Assembly (NCBI GenBank): GCA_030704615.1
Contig: CM060733.1
Coordinates: forward strand, 4,712,001 to 4,776,000
Direction of reading: 5' to 3'
DNA from: Takakia lepidozioides
Lineage: Eukaryota > Plantae > Bryophyta
Length of the DNA: 64,000 nt
The notes below the pieces were generated by a model, which was not told where the DNA came from, made no database searches, and was given only the letters and a program-made list of their open reading frames with translations. Shown here one piece after another: positions 1 to 12,250 of the stretch. The position numbers and the translations under genes are program-made. How positions within the stretch are numbered: the stretch's first letter is position 1; every line of letters begins with the position of its first letter.

Positions 1-968
1 AATGTGACTTTTTTTTGCCATTGCCTGCGATATGATCTTCGGAGACATGTAGAAATGATTTGCATACAAGTTGCCGCTCCCCATCAGCACAAAGTTCTTT
101 CTTTTCTTTGCCTTGTAGACATTGTTGCTCCTCTCTCTTCGCACGCTCGTCTCAGCTCCTTGGTGGTTGTCATGGATGCCGGGGAAGTCACTTCCAAATC
201 TTCCCAACCGATGTGCAAAAAAATATAGGGTGCAATATATTTTGAAAAAAAAGAAAAAGATTTAAAATTAATAATGGGTACATTATATTGTGATTAGGGA
301 ATTTAAATGAATATAGGGTTTAAATTAATTACTCATTTTTTTTAAAAATTAAGATAATTATAGGGTTAAGACAATATCTGTGGACACGTGTCGTCCAGTG
401 ATTAGTCCTTGGATAAGTGTCGTGCATTTAGAGTTTAGGGTCTAATGGTAAGGGATGGGGTTTGAGCGCGAGGTATCCCCTTTTTCTAATGGTAAGGGAG
501 GGAGCTTCCTGTCGATTGTCATTCGTGAGGGCCGGATATCACAAAATTACTTTCGAATCCCTGTGGATTGGTAGCTACGAGAAACCTGCTGGATAGGCAT
601 GATTCAAAATATGAGAAGAAAGGCATGGAGCAGGTGGGGGATATCGTGACAACCTATTGATCTCCTAAATAGACCAACCACCAATTATGGTGTTATTAGA
701 GGACAATTTAAATTCAAATATAATCATACTGACAACAAGTAGATTCAGTTATTAGTTCAGTCACTATGACTTTCGATAGTGCAGAACATTTACACCTTGA
801 ATGATGATGATGCGAATGCTTCAAATGAATTTATTTCAACCAAATAACAAATTAAATTGTCTTGAAAAAAACATTATTATTAATTTAAGATTTTTAATAT
901 AATAAATTATAACTAAAATATCATATTAAATTTCACCATATTACAAAATGCCTATCATTTTTAATATT

Positions 969-1521
969 AGCGTCTTCAATGCACAAATGGGCCTCGCCAG
1001 TACGGCCCATAGGTGAGCAGATAAACCCACCGCCTATTCACCGGGTCCGGATTCCGATTTTTTTCTAAGTCCTGGTTCTTCATACCCTCCAAGAGACTGA
1101 CTCCTCCAGACTAACTCCAACCATCGAGAGGACTGGCGAGCGGACTGACAACTTGCGAGCGGACTCCAACTGGTGAACGCACTTACTCCAACCTTCAACC
1201 GGACTGGCAGACCCTCATCAGACAAAATATATATTTATTATTAACACACATTACTGCCACGGTGTCACCTAGCAGGATTTGAACACCAAACCGCATGCTT
1301 ATTATAAGTTGCTCTTTACTACCACACTACCCGCTGCTTTCTACAATGCCTTCAAAAAATTAATGTTTTATCATATGTTTGTGGGCCCAACAGACTGGCT
1401 TGCCCCCGCATGCTCAGTTGAGCAAATTGAGCCCGACGGGTAGGGGGTGCCCCATCCGTCGCGACCCCCTCTCCCACATGCGAGCCCCGCCGCAACCACA
1501 CGTGCCCGCATTGAAGACACT
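969..1521. mobile_element. PIF/Harbinger (Tourist-like) MITE
   Basis: Terminal inverted repeats AGCGTCTTCAATGC (969) and GCATTGAAGACACT (ends 1521) in a TTA/TAA context. Non-coding. A homologous copy starts at 8681. Confidence 0.7.
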
Positions 1522-3348
1522 AATATCAAACAATAAGAAGCTTACAAAAGTGTGTAATTATAAGATACTCAAAAAATACCCATTTATTTTACGTGTCATA
1601 TAGAAGTGATAGAGAGTGACTTCCCTAGGCATGGATGCCGCTCCTCTCAGCAGGTCGCTGCCATGGTTGCAAAAACACAAGCTCCTAGACGGTCGAAATT
1701 CGTTTACTTCCGCATGTCGTGAACATGTGCGACTGCATCCTCCACCAAATTGGTGGTAATGTTTGGAATTTTGTGGCGGCCGGTGGCTTAAGTGCCATGC
1801 AGGGTGACCGTTGGGGTGCAGCTTCGAGCAATTTTAGCGATGGCATCTGCATCTTGTCGTGACCGCTGGACATGCTATTAAGGACCTTGACAGTGGTGGC
1901 CAATTCTGCATCATATCGAGCGATACTATGAATCACAAATATAAGGCAACATATACATTTTTTATCACATCAAGTGCTACGATTGGTACAGCTATGCAAC
2001 GAGAGACAATTGGTCTCTCACATTTCCAGTACAAGATGATTGAAAAAGTGAAGCGGTAGAAAAAATGTGGATTCACTGTTGAGTGTAATGTTAGACCAAG
2101 ATGCGTTGACATATGCAGATCTTGTGAAAAAATGCAACAAAAACAGAAATCTTTAGTGTTGATTTTGGCCCATGATACATCAAGCCGAGATCAATTCACT
2201 GGTGGGACCCATATTCAAATCTTGTCTTGAACTACGATCTTAGCCACTATGTAAGTTTTTCCGTGTCTTTGTTCCCACATTTGAATATATTTGCAATCTG
2301 GTTGCTTCTGATATGGAAAAGAAACCTCCTCCAGGTTTGAGAACAATCGTTGGGCGATGGATGGATGTAATAAGTAGGTTGCAATGGCTTTAAGACGCCA
2401 TATGTATTATCTTTTCACATGCAATGCCAGTTTTTCAGTGCTAGTTTTTCTTGAAAATCCAAAATTTTACGCTTTACATTGATTGTTAATACTGAATGTA
2501 ATATTATTTCCATATTTATTAATTATTTTATATTATTTATCAAATGTCCAGATTTTATCTGTCCATATTTACTTAAAACTGAGTTTTTATTTTAGTCTAA
2601 AATAGATAGATCTATTCAGCGTTTTTTTAGAGAGAGATAGAGAAGACTCCGGCCGAGGTTGACGTAACTAAGAGCCACTTCGCCTTGCGGCTACTGCCCC
2701 CTTTCGGGGGTGGGAGCGTTTATTTTTTATTGCTAATTTTCGTCAGATTTTACCTTAAAATAAAATAAAATATTTTGTCTCAATTTTCTGTTTTTTCCTG
2801 GATGAAATCGCCCAAACAAAATAAACTATAGATGAATTATTCAAATATGGATGATATAAGTGGATTAAAGTACAAAAGTGGATGATTCTATTCTAATTCC
2901 AGTGGATGAACAGAATGTACGACTATTTTTTGCAAAACTCTATAGCCACTCGTGCTATTTTTCAAATTTTATAAAAAACCGCTAAATCTATTTTATATAA
3001 TAAAGATATATTACTATATCATGATATAATCATTATTAAATATTTTAGTAAAATATAAAAGAAATCTCATTCCTCCATCAATGCACAAAAATCCATCGAC
3101 TTATCTCAACAAATATTTATTGAGCCAAGAAAATGAATAATATCTCATGAGTCATTGTGCACAAGCCCACATTTCCTCTGTTGTGCCTAAGGGATGCAAT
3201 AATATCATCATGGTTTGAAGAAAAATCATTTAAGCTTAAAGACCCATAAAATACGAGTTCCTTTTAAAGTATAGTTTTTTATTCACAAGCACAGCTTTAG
3301 CCAATTCCATGCTCTTTACCAACCAAATCCACCAGGTCTCCTCTTGTT

Positions 3349-3974
3349 CATGGTTGGGCGGTTCTTGCATTTGTGAAAGAACCTTCGGTTCCGATTCCAT
3401 AATTATTCCAAGAGACGGTTCCAGTTACCGGTTAGTTGCTGAAAAAAACCACCAGTTCTCGGTTAGATTCCGGTTCTATTTTAAAAATATATTTATTTAA
3501 TACAATTAGATTTAAAATATTTTATCAATATAGGAGATTAGTTGGTACATTAAATAACAATGTATTCACATATTTAAAGTAAAATCCAGGGATTTTATTA
3601 GTTTTCATTAAGATTAAAAAACAAAAAATAATAAACAAAAATGCGTTAAATAAACCTGTAGAAGAAAATGGATAAAATTTTGTGATTTGAAACTACTAAT
3701 ATAATTAATTTATCCTGCATATGCTAACAATTTGATTAATGAACTTATGACTCTCAAGGATTAAGCCCAAGATGTCGTGGAGCTGGATATTGAACCCAGG
3801 ATCTTAAGGCGCTAAATCATCGAATCCAGGATCTCTTAGAGCAGAGCATTAAAGAGGTTTTGTCATGAGGGCCAACCAGGTCTCCATTGGGTTACACCAT
3901 ATTATGCCAATGGCCCACCAAGGGTTTTGGGAGTATCCTAAACCGGTGTCCAGGCGGGTAACCGCCCAACATTG
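3349..3974. mobile_element. degenerate hAT-type MITE
   Basis: Ends CATGGTTGGGCGGTT and AACCGCCCAACATTG resemble the TIR of the intact hAT MITE at 61341-61685. Subterminal CGGTT/AACCG motifs are present. The flanking 8-mers match only partly (CTCTTGTT/CTCTTTAC). Confidence 0.45.
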
Positions 3975-6900
3975 CTCTTTACCCTTTAGAGTCCTCTTAG
4001 ACCTATATGCATCTCGAAACTTTTTGATCATGAACTTGGTGATTCGCTCCTTATCGATTATTTTTCTTTGGAGTTTCCTAATTGTCCATATGTCAATTAG
4101 TTCCGTACTACAATCTCTCATAGGTACTCTGGAGCTAACAACCGCATCCCAACTTTCCCAACTATGGACATGTGCATATCTCCCATGGTCTTCTTTTTGT
4201 TACTTAGACTCGAATTGGAACTTGACAATGTGGATTTTGTAGAGTATGGGTCATGTGCACTTTTCTGGACCTCAAAACTGATGCACGTCGTTTGAGTTTG
4301 GTCTAAGAGATTCATCATAGTGCAAAGCTGGTTCAATGAACTATATTTCTGCTCTGTAGATTGTGTTGATTCAATCTGGTCTTCTTTCGGATAGTGTATC
4401 ATCCGACCAGGGGTGTTTACAGAGAACTGTTGATGGACGTCCGGTAAGGGCCATGAAGATCGCTGCCTGAAAGTCATCTTTCGTAACTATTGATGCTGAC
4501 ATACTCTGCGTTCAATATATTTCCTAGTTGTCATTCCGAACGTGATGTTGCGCTGACACGTCTGCATCTTGTATAAGTGATATGGGAACCCCATGTCCAA
4601 ATCTCTCTAATGTCTCGACAATGGTCTTAGAACCTTTTCAAAGCAAAATATTGTTCGAATCTTGTCCATTAAATTCATGCTTGTGGAATAACTCGCGGTC
4701 TCGTTGAGTAATCCAGGTAGTGGTTGCAGGCTCTTTTAATCCTCACAACTCAAAGTAATTTTCTTCAACTACACAAAGTCGAAGGCTCTGAATGTTCTTT
4801 GAATGTTCTTTAAGATCACTAGAGTTGCATAAGCTTCTTATAACGAAAAGGTTTTTTTTTTTTTTTTTTTTTTCTACTTTCTCTTTCTGAATAGAATGTG
4901 TGCCTTGTCATTTGTATAGTGTTAGTTCTCCAAAATCACCCATAAATGTCTTCAACGTTTCATTTGAATTGAGTTCCCGCATTAAAAAACACAAAATGAA
5001 CAAGAGAAAGTTCTCGATCCTGAATGTATATCTCATTTACAGATTCTTGCTCTTGTTTGAAATTAGCGTGATTCTTTTTTAACTAATGGATTGGTATGAT
5101 CTTTGCAGCTCCTTACAACACTCATATTTGTATTGGAGGTTTGATGTTCCATAAGATAAAATTCTCGTAGATATTTACGACCAAATAAACTATGTGCTCC
5201 AAATTTTAGAGCCTCAGTTGATTTTTTTTTAAAATTCTTTCCTAGGAATTTGGAGGATCTTAACTTGTAGGAGATAAACCAAAGAGTACGCTTGGGCTAA
5301 CTCCAATTCCTTCACATAAAGAAGGTGTTTGTGACTTTGCCGTGGTTATATGACAATTGATTGAAGGTTGGAAAAATTGTCTCCGCTTGGACAATTGGAC
5401 TATATGCATTTAAACTATCAAATGCATCATCTTATTCTTCATCGAAACAAGGAACTATGGTATCTAGTTCAGCAAATATTTGACACATCTGAGGACTTTC
5501 ATATCCAAGTCATTTAGATAATCTCGCATCAAATCCAATAAATCATTATCATCCATTTTTGCCTCTGAAACTTGTCCAATATACTACTAATGTATAAATC
5601 TACCTCTAAAACTTTCCAGCCTAATACAACATTTTTAGAAGAGGAAGAAGTGGTGTTCATGCATCATTTGTAGCCAAGATCATTCTTCGCATATGAACCA
5701 ATGATCTTTTGTGAGGCTCTTTGGTACCTGCAAAAGATGCAACCACTTCCAAATCTCTCTTCAATGTTCGTCACCTCCTAAGCCCTCTTTAGTGCAATAT
5801 CGAATGATGTCATTACCTCCGAAGTCATCTGCAGTGGAACATCGAAAGATGCAACCAACTCCCATGCCCTCTTCAATGCAACAGCAAGCGCGTTCTTGTG
5901 GGCAACGCTGAAGTCCATGTGAACCTTTTCCAGAAAGCTATGACAGACCATGAAGCGATTCCTGAATTCGTAGCCATGATTGACAATGAAACGTTGATTC
6001 TGAAAAGAGAGTAGATATTGTCTAATGAATATTGTCTCATGAATGAGTTTACCTACAACTATGATTTTTGAAAAGATCGATTTCAAAGTAATATTTAATA
6101 AACCGGGATGTGGCGGTCATAAATGTTCAAGAAAATATTTAATAAATTGGGACCGTCAGCTCTTGCGATCATGATTTTTAATAAAATATTTAATTAATCA
6201 GGACCGCCAGAAGTGACGGTCCTGAATGTTCAAGGAAATTTTAATAAATTGGAACCGTCAGCTGGCGGTCACGATTTTTAAGAAAATATATAAATTCGGG
6301 ACCGCTAACTCTGGTGGTCATTATTTTAAATATATATATATAACAAAACGGGATCAGCAGCTCTTGCGGTTGTGATGTTCATTTATTTATTGGATAAAAC
6401 CTGGACTACTACAGTTTGTGTTTCGATATTTTAATCTTCTTTTCTCGCGAATATTGGGGTGCCATTGATTTGCGGTCTCGATTTTACTTGTAAAATCAAG
6501 ACCGCTAGCGCTAGCAGTGCTGATTTTTAATTTTATTTGAAAAAACAGCAAAATCAAAACCACCGGGGTCCAGCGCTGGGGGTCCCGATTTTGTATTTCA
6601 TTTTATTTATTTATTTATTTATTTTATAAAAAAATAAAAAAAATTGGGTTCACAACTTCAGTCGCTTAAATGCCCAACCTGAGCCGCTCATATCATCAAC
6701 TTCAGCCGCTCAGGCCTCAAAATAAACTAAAAATGTAAAAAATCAAAACTAATCAATGAACTAAAGTTAATTGTTTAGATCAATATATTTCAATGGTTTA
6801 AATCCAATACCTTACTTTTAACTTTATGTATCAATGTTTCATGCAAATCTATCTTCCAAGAAGATGACGACTCAAATTGTTTTCTCAAGTTTAACAACCA

Positions 6901-7236
6901 TAATTCAGGTTTAATGTTAATTATTTACGATGTATGGTACAAACAAAAATGAGTACTAAAAATAAAAGTAATTGAAGTAAAATAACCAAGATGTTGGATG
7001 AGAAGACAACATTGGTCACTCTAGTTGTAGCCACTTAAGTTCAACGTTCTGAAAACAATACATGTTCGAGCTTACAACCACTTCAAATATAATAATAATA
7101 ATAATAATAATAATAGGAATAGTAACTAAGTCAAAATTTAAATTTAAACAAAATACAATAAAATCCGTAGTAAACCACTACCAGACACCAAGGTCTTGTC
7201 ACAATTTGAGTCCATATTCAAAAATAAAGTTTCTAA

Positions 7237-8052
7237 CACTATGCCAAAACATGATTTTCATGACTTTTTTTATTTAGATGTCATGGTTTTCATATCTAAA
7301 ACCATGACTCAAAGAAGCATTGATCATAAAACGTCATACATATGACTATGTCTATGTATACACTTCAAAAGAATGAAGGTATGGTATTCGGCGTTGTACC
7401 AAGTTGTCACATGCAATACATGTTTTTTTTAATAAATTAATTTTATTTTTAATATATTTTTAAATTCAAATATATAAAAAAATCATGCACATGGTGCCGC
7501 GGTAGACCACATAACACCGTGCATTTTTTAAAATTAACTGGTATATATGAATAAATATATTGTATGTTATTATATACAATAAAAACATAGTATGTGTACA
7601 TATGCAATTAATAGCTTTATTGGTTAATAGGTAGTGTAGTAGAAGTAATATTCAAATGGTCAAAGGTTTAAACTCCACATACAATTAGATAAATAACTGT
7701 GATATGATTGATTAGCATGTGGGAGCTCTAGGTGATCGACATGTGGCTAAAATAATGTAAAGAATGTCACGTGGCACGGCGCGGCCCGTCATGTGCTCTA
7801 GGAATTGTTTTGAAAAAATACTCAAAAAATATTTCTTAAAAAAACCTTGATGAGTTGCGCCCTGCTTGGCATAACAATTTTTGAATATTAATTTATTTTT
7901 TAATCATGAAACTAATACATATTGGAGTCATTTTCGTGACTCAATCAAAATGATCATGCTAATGACACGGTTGTCACGACACTCGGCCAAAAAGTCATAT
8001 GTGACCAATATAATCATGAAAAGAGCTATAAAAGCTGTTTTTTGTATTAGTG
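7237..8052. mobile_element. non-autonomous CACTA-like element
   Basis: Begins CACTATGCCAAAA and ends TTTTTTGTATTAGTG, with clusters of CATGAC/GTCATG motifs near both ends. No clean 3-bp TSD. Confidence 0.45.
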
Positions 8053-8680
8053 TGGTCAGCATGAAGAAAAACCGAAACAACAACTATCCGTGACGACAAT
8101 GTCTATTTAAGATTAAAAGAATCAAAATAATTTAATAATTTTACATCTAAACAAATAATATAATATAATTTTAACTTAATAATATAGTTTAAACTTGTAA
8201 GTATATTTTTTAATTATAAAAAATTAAGCAATCGCCAATGTTTAATATTTTAAAAAAATGAAATAAATCGACCACCAAAATGTTGGTCAGTATTTGAAAT
8301 TTAACAAAAACAAATGACTGTAAAATTGGTGGTTGTTTTTTTTTTAAAAACAAATTAAGCGATCGCCAATCTGGCGGTCGTTTAAAATTGTTTTTTGAAA
8401 GAAATTAAATCTTTAAAATTTCATCCAAGCACACCAATACATAAAAATAAAATAAAATAAAAAATGGTGGTCGTTTTTTCTATATTTAAAAAAATTAATC
8501 AACCGCCAATCTTTATATTTTAAATATAAGTAGGAAATAAAGCGACCGCCAAATTGGTGGCCGCAAGTTGAAGTTTAACCCAAAAGTATTTTTTTTAAGA
8601 AATTGCAAAATTTATGGTTGTTTTTGTTTAATTTTAAAGAGTTAAGCGACCGCCAATCTGGGGCAACGATTTTTAATAAT

Positions 8681-9112
8681 AGCATCTTCAATGCGCATGT
8701 GGGCCCCTCCAGTACGGCCCATGGGGTGAGCTCATAAGTCCACCGCCCATTCACCGGGTCTACCGAGTTTTAATATTTTTCTAAGTCCTTGTTCATCTAC
8801 TGCGGCAGACCTTATAGTGAACTAGGCAAAACCTCCAACAGACTGACTCCAACCTTCGAGCGGACTGACAGACCCTCCAGCAGACTCAGACAAAATATAT
8901 TTTTAATAACACACATTACTGCCACAGTACCACCTAACATGAATTGAACATCAAACCTTGTGCTTATTATGCGTTGCTCTAAACCACCACATTACCCACT
9001 GCTTTTTGCAAACCATTTTATATGCATATTTCAAGTATTTTGTGGGCCCCAGCAAACTCGCTTGCCCGACAGATCCACCCAGAAGATTAAGTTCGACGGG
9101 TAGGGGCGTGCC
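8681..9112. mobile_element. 3'-truncated second copy of the Harbinger-like MITE at 969
   Basis: Starts AGCATCTTCAATGC and is colinear with 969-~1450 (CCAGTACGGCCCAT, TTCACCGGGTC, AACACACATTACTGCCAC). Confidence 0.7.
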
Positions 9113-9189
9113 TACCTAAGTATGAAAACTCAGGTTGTTGTGAAAAAAAACAGTGATACCTTTACCCTAGTATTACAATGTACACATAT

Positions 9190-9490
9190 GCAATTATTGT
9201 TCAAGTTTCCGGACCTTCAGGTACTTAGATGGGCCTATCTTCTTGCCAATTGCTCCAATTTGGGTGGGATATGGCTTGGTGAATTTATTACAAGTAGCTG
9301 GGTGATGACTATATGTTTTCTTACAAAGCCATAAAGTTTTCTAAGGGGTTTTGATTTGGGTCCCAACAGATGTGCACTTGTCGTTCAAGTTTCCGGACAT
9401 TCAGCTATTAAGATGGGCCTATCTCCTTACCAATTGCTCCAATTGTGGTGTGATATGGCTTGAAAGATTTCTAACACCTAGTGTGATTGA
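9190..9490. repeat. local direct duplication (~110 bp core, ~185 bp spacing)
   Basis: GTTCAAGTTTCCGGAC...AGATGGGCCTATCT...CCAATTGCTCCAATT...GATATGGCTTG occurs twice. Confidence 0.75.
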
Positions 9491-10569
9491 GATATGGTGG
9501 CCTCCAGAGCTCTCAATTTTTTTAAGGTGTTGTGATTTGGCCCCTAGAATATTTACATTTTTTGTTATTATATTTCAATGAGAAGCCAATCTAGCGGTCG
9601 TTTAATATTCAGAAAACAAAGAAAATAAAGTAAAATGGCGGTCGCTGGTTAAAATTTAACCAAAAAATAATAATCACCAAAAAAATAAAAAAACTCAACT
9701 GCAAAATTGACGGTCGTTTCAAAAATTAATTGACCGCGAATATGACGGTGACTTTATATATTTTTCTTTTAAAAAAATGATTGTCAATTTTCAATTGTTA
9801 AAGTTTAACCAAAAAATAAAAAAACTCTGCATAGTATGTGGTTGTTTTTAAAAAAAAATTTACAAGCGACCACAAATGTGGCTGTCGCTTAATATTTAAT
9901 AAATAAATCGACCGTCAAAGTGGCGGTCGCTGTTTAAAATTTAACAAAAAAAAAGGTCAGCTGCTGAACACTTGGTGATGAGAGCACAATTGGGACCACT
10001 AAGTATTTGCAGAATGTGTGCTCCAGTAAGGCATCTGATTTCAATTCAAGAAATCTCCCTAGCATAACATGAATTTGATGCACATGTTCTTCTTAGACAT
10101 CAGACAGCAAGACAGCAAAGAGGGTTTCTCCCGTGTCTAAATCATTTTGCTAAGTGAAACAAGTGCAGTGACAATTTTGCGGATGCTCTTAAATATTATC
10201 ATTAGAATAGAAAAACATCTATTTGAAGGCATCTGGAACATACGTCGGAAAGAGAAAATGTGAATAGAGAAATTGAAAGACATGTTATGTTGTCAACAGT
10301 GGGCAGAGAAGAAAAAGAGTGTGTGCGTGGTTTCATCCATTTATTGGTATTCTGCATCATTGGGTCATGTTCATCTTTCATTATGAAAACCATTCGGGTT
10401 AGCTTCCTCCGTCCCTCGAATGATGGAAGCTGGACAGTAATTCTGCTCAATTTTAACCTTCTTCCGTTGATGGGGGTAATCGTGGAAAGGGTGAAGGGGT
10501 ACATACTCATCTTCATCAAAGCTGGAATTTCATCAGATATCATTTTGCCTAATAGATCATTTGTCAAAA

Positions 10570-12250
10570 TATAATACATTAATAAAATATAATTTTGATG
10601 TATTTGTGGCAGAAATTAGCTTAGCTTCATTTTCAAATGGTAATTTATGTCATAAAATATTTAAAAAAAATGGTTCTGTATGATGGGCTGGATGAAAATC
10701 TGTAAATCTTATAATTCAATTTGTACGATATACATAATTACTCAATGCATCACGTCATTATAAAATTTTATTCTTAATCGGTTTTTTTTATGATGTACTG
10801 AGACCAATATTGGATGAATGTAAGATGTGAAAGGTTTTATGGTCTCATCGAATATAAGTCTATGGGATGAAGAGATAAGTGTTAGATTTTTGAATAAATC
10901 GCGCTCGATGTTGTACATGTGCACTGTTGATGTAATAAACAGCTTCATTTATGTGAATTAGAGGTATATTAGATAATGTAATTGTTGCTTCTGCTTACTA
11001 AGAACATAAGATGAAATAACTTTTAATTGTATTTTGATTAAATTTGTAAGTCCTAATTTCATAGCATCATTAGTTTTTAAATGGGCATTCCATAATAAAG
11101 ATATAACTGGAGGTACTATGTCTCATGATCAGTACCTTCACCTCGGGGATATTCCCATCTTTGAGTTGTTTGTGGGATTGTATTTACAAAAGTTCATAAG
11201 GAAATCCATATTTACACGTTGTAGAATTTTTTTATAACCATATCGGTTACATTTATGAATTTGTTTTCTCTGAATAATATGATGTAATTTGTAATCCAAA
11301 GAATCTGAAGTTGTGGATGTTATTTTGGGTAAGCAATCTATGATTTCATTTGTAATTCTATCTACATCTCGCGAATTTATCCATAAAATAATATGAGCAT
11401 GAAGAGACCCTCGGTGTTTGAATTTCATATCGAATAATATAATGAAAACTCTATCTAATATATGATATTTATTTAAAATAAAATACTTCATTATTTGAAT
11501 TCGGGTATGAAAATGATGAACACATTCTATTGCACAATCCGACCAATTATAATTATAATTAATATTTTTAGCAATCTCTTCAATATCACCGCGTTTCAAA
11601 TATTTCATCAATAGTTAGTGGGAAAAAAAATGTGACATTCCATATTTTTCAACCATTACAAGTAAATCTCTTAAAATTATTTATGATATTAAGGAGATCC
11701 AGGAATAGATGATGGAACTCTATACTTAATAATATATTTTTTACTTATTTCGCTATTAAATGACATTGTTGTATTTGATACATGAGATTTTTTTTTAAAT
11801 ATAAAGTAAACTGTGAAAATAAAGTGTTACATCTCATTTTTAAGTATCCATTTAAACCATCCTTAAATTTGTATAATATCATTTTCCATGTGAAAATAGA
11901 AAAATAATAATTTTTTTAAAGTTATTTTTTAATTTATATTTGGATGCATATTTTCTGATGTTATATCCTTATGTATTAATTAAAAATGGTCTACTAATTA
12001 CAATATGTATATTTTTAATATTATAAAATTTATTTTGATTATATTGAATTGTATCCGAAACATGTGTTACATAATCTAAAATTGACATAGATTGTAAATT
12101 AGAACAGTTTAAAGTGTTCGTAATGACCATTCCGATACAAATTTTTCAACTATCATTTGTATACATTGATTGGGAAACACACACACACGCCGGATGTATG
12201 ATTTGACAATTCAGATAATGTCATAGAATTAAAAATTTGTTGTCCGTCTA
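10570..12250 (-). mobile_element. decayed Helitron-type Rep (HUH endonuclease) coding region
   Basis: HUH motif 'KHRGSLHAHIILWI' in ORF 11138-11611. Upstream frames give PGSP and 'RDLLVMVEKYGMSHFF' (motif-1 region). Downstream frames give LLWNAH, PIDLYSMRP and RFTDFHP...EPFF. Many stops and frameshifts; boundaries approximate. Confidence 0.75.

Larger units (their letters stand above)
6100..9940. repeat. dispersed GACCGCCA/TGGCGGTC motif arrays in AT-rich spacers (subterminal-repeat-like, decayed DNA transposon)
   Basis: Many copies in both orientations at about 6100-6590, 8220-8660 and 9590-9935. Confidence 0.5.

Noticed and set aside
1600-6090. Possible decayed transposase or host gene fragments (for example a WW-containing stretch near 2195-2250 and ORF 5778-6086)
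   Set aside because: Too degenerate to assign by eye.
10570-12250. Replitron or endogenous CRESS virus
   Set aside because: The motif context (RGSLHAHIILW and downstream Y..RP blocks) fits a Helitron-type Rep. Absence of a helicase is explained as easily by truncation.
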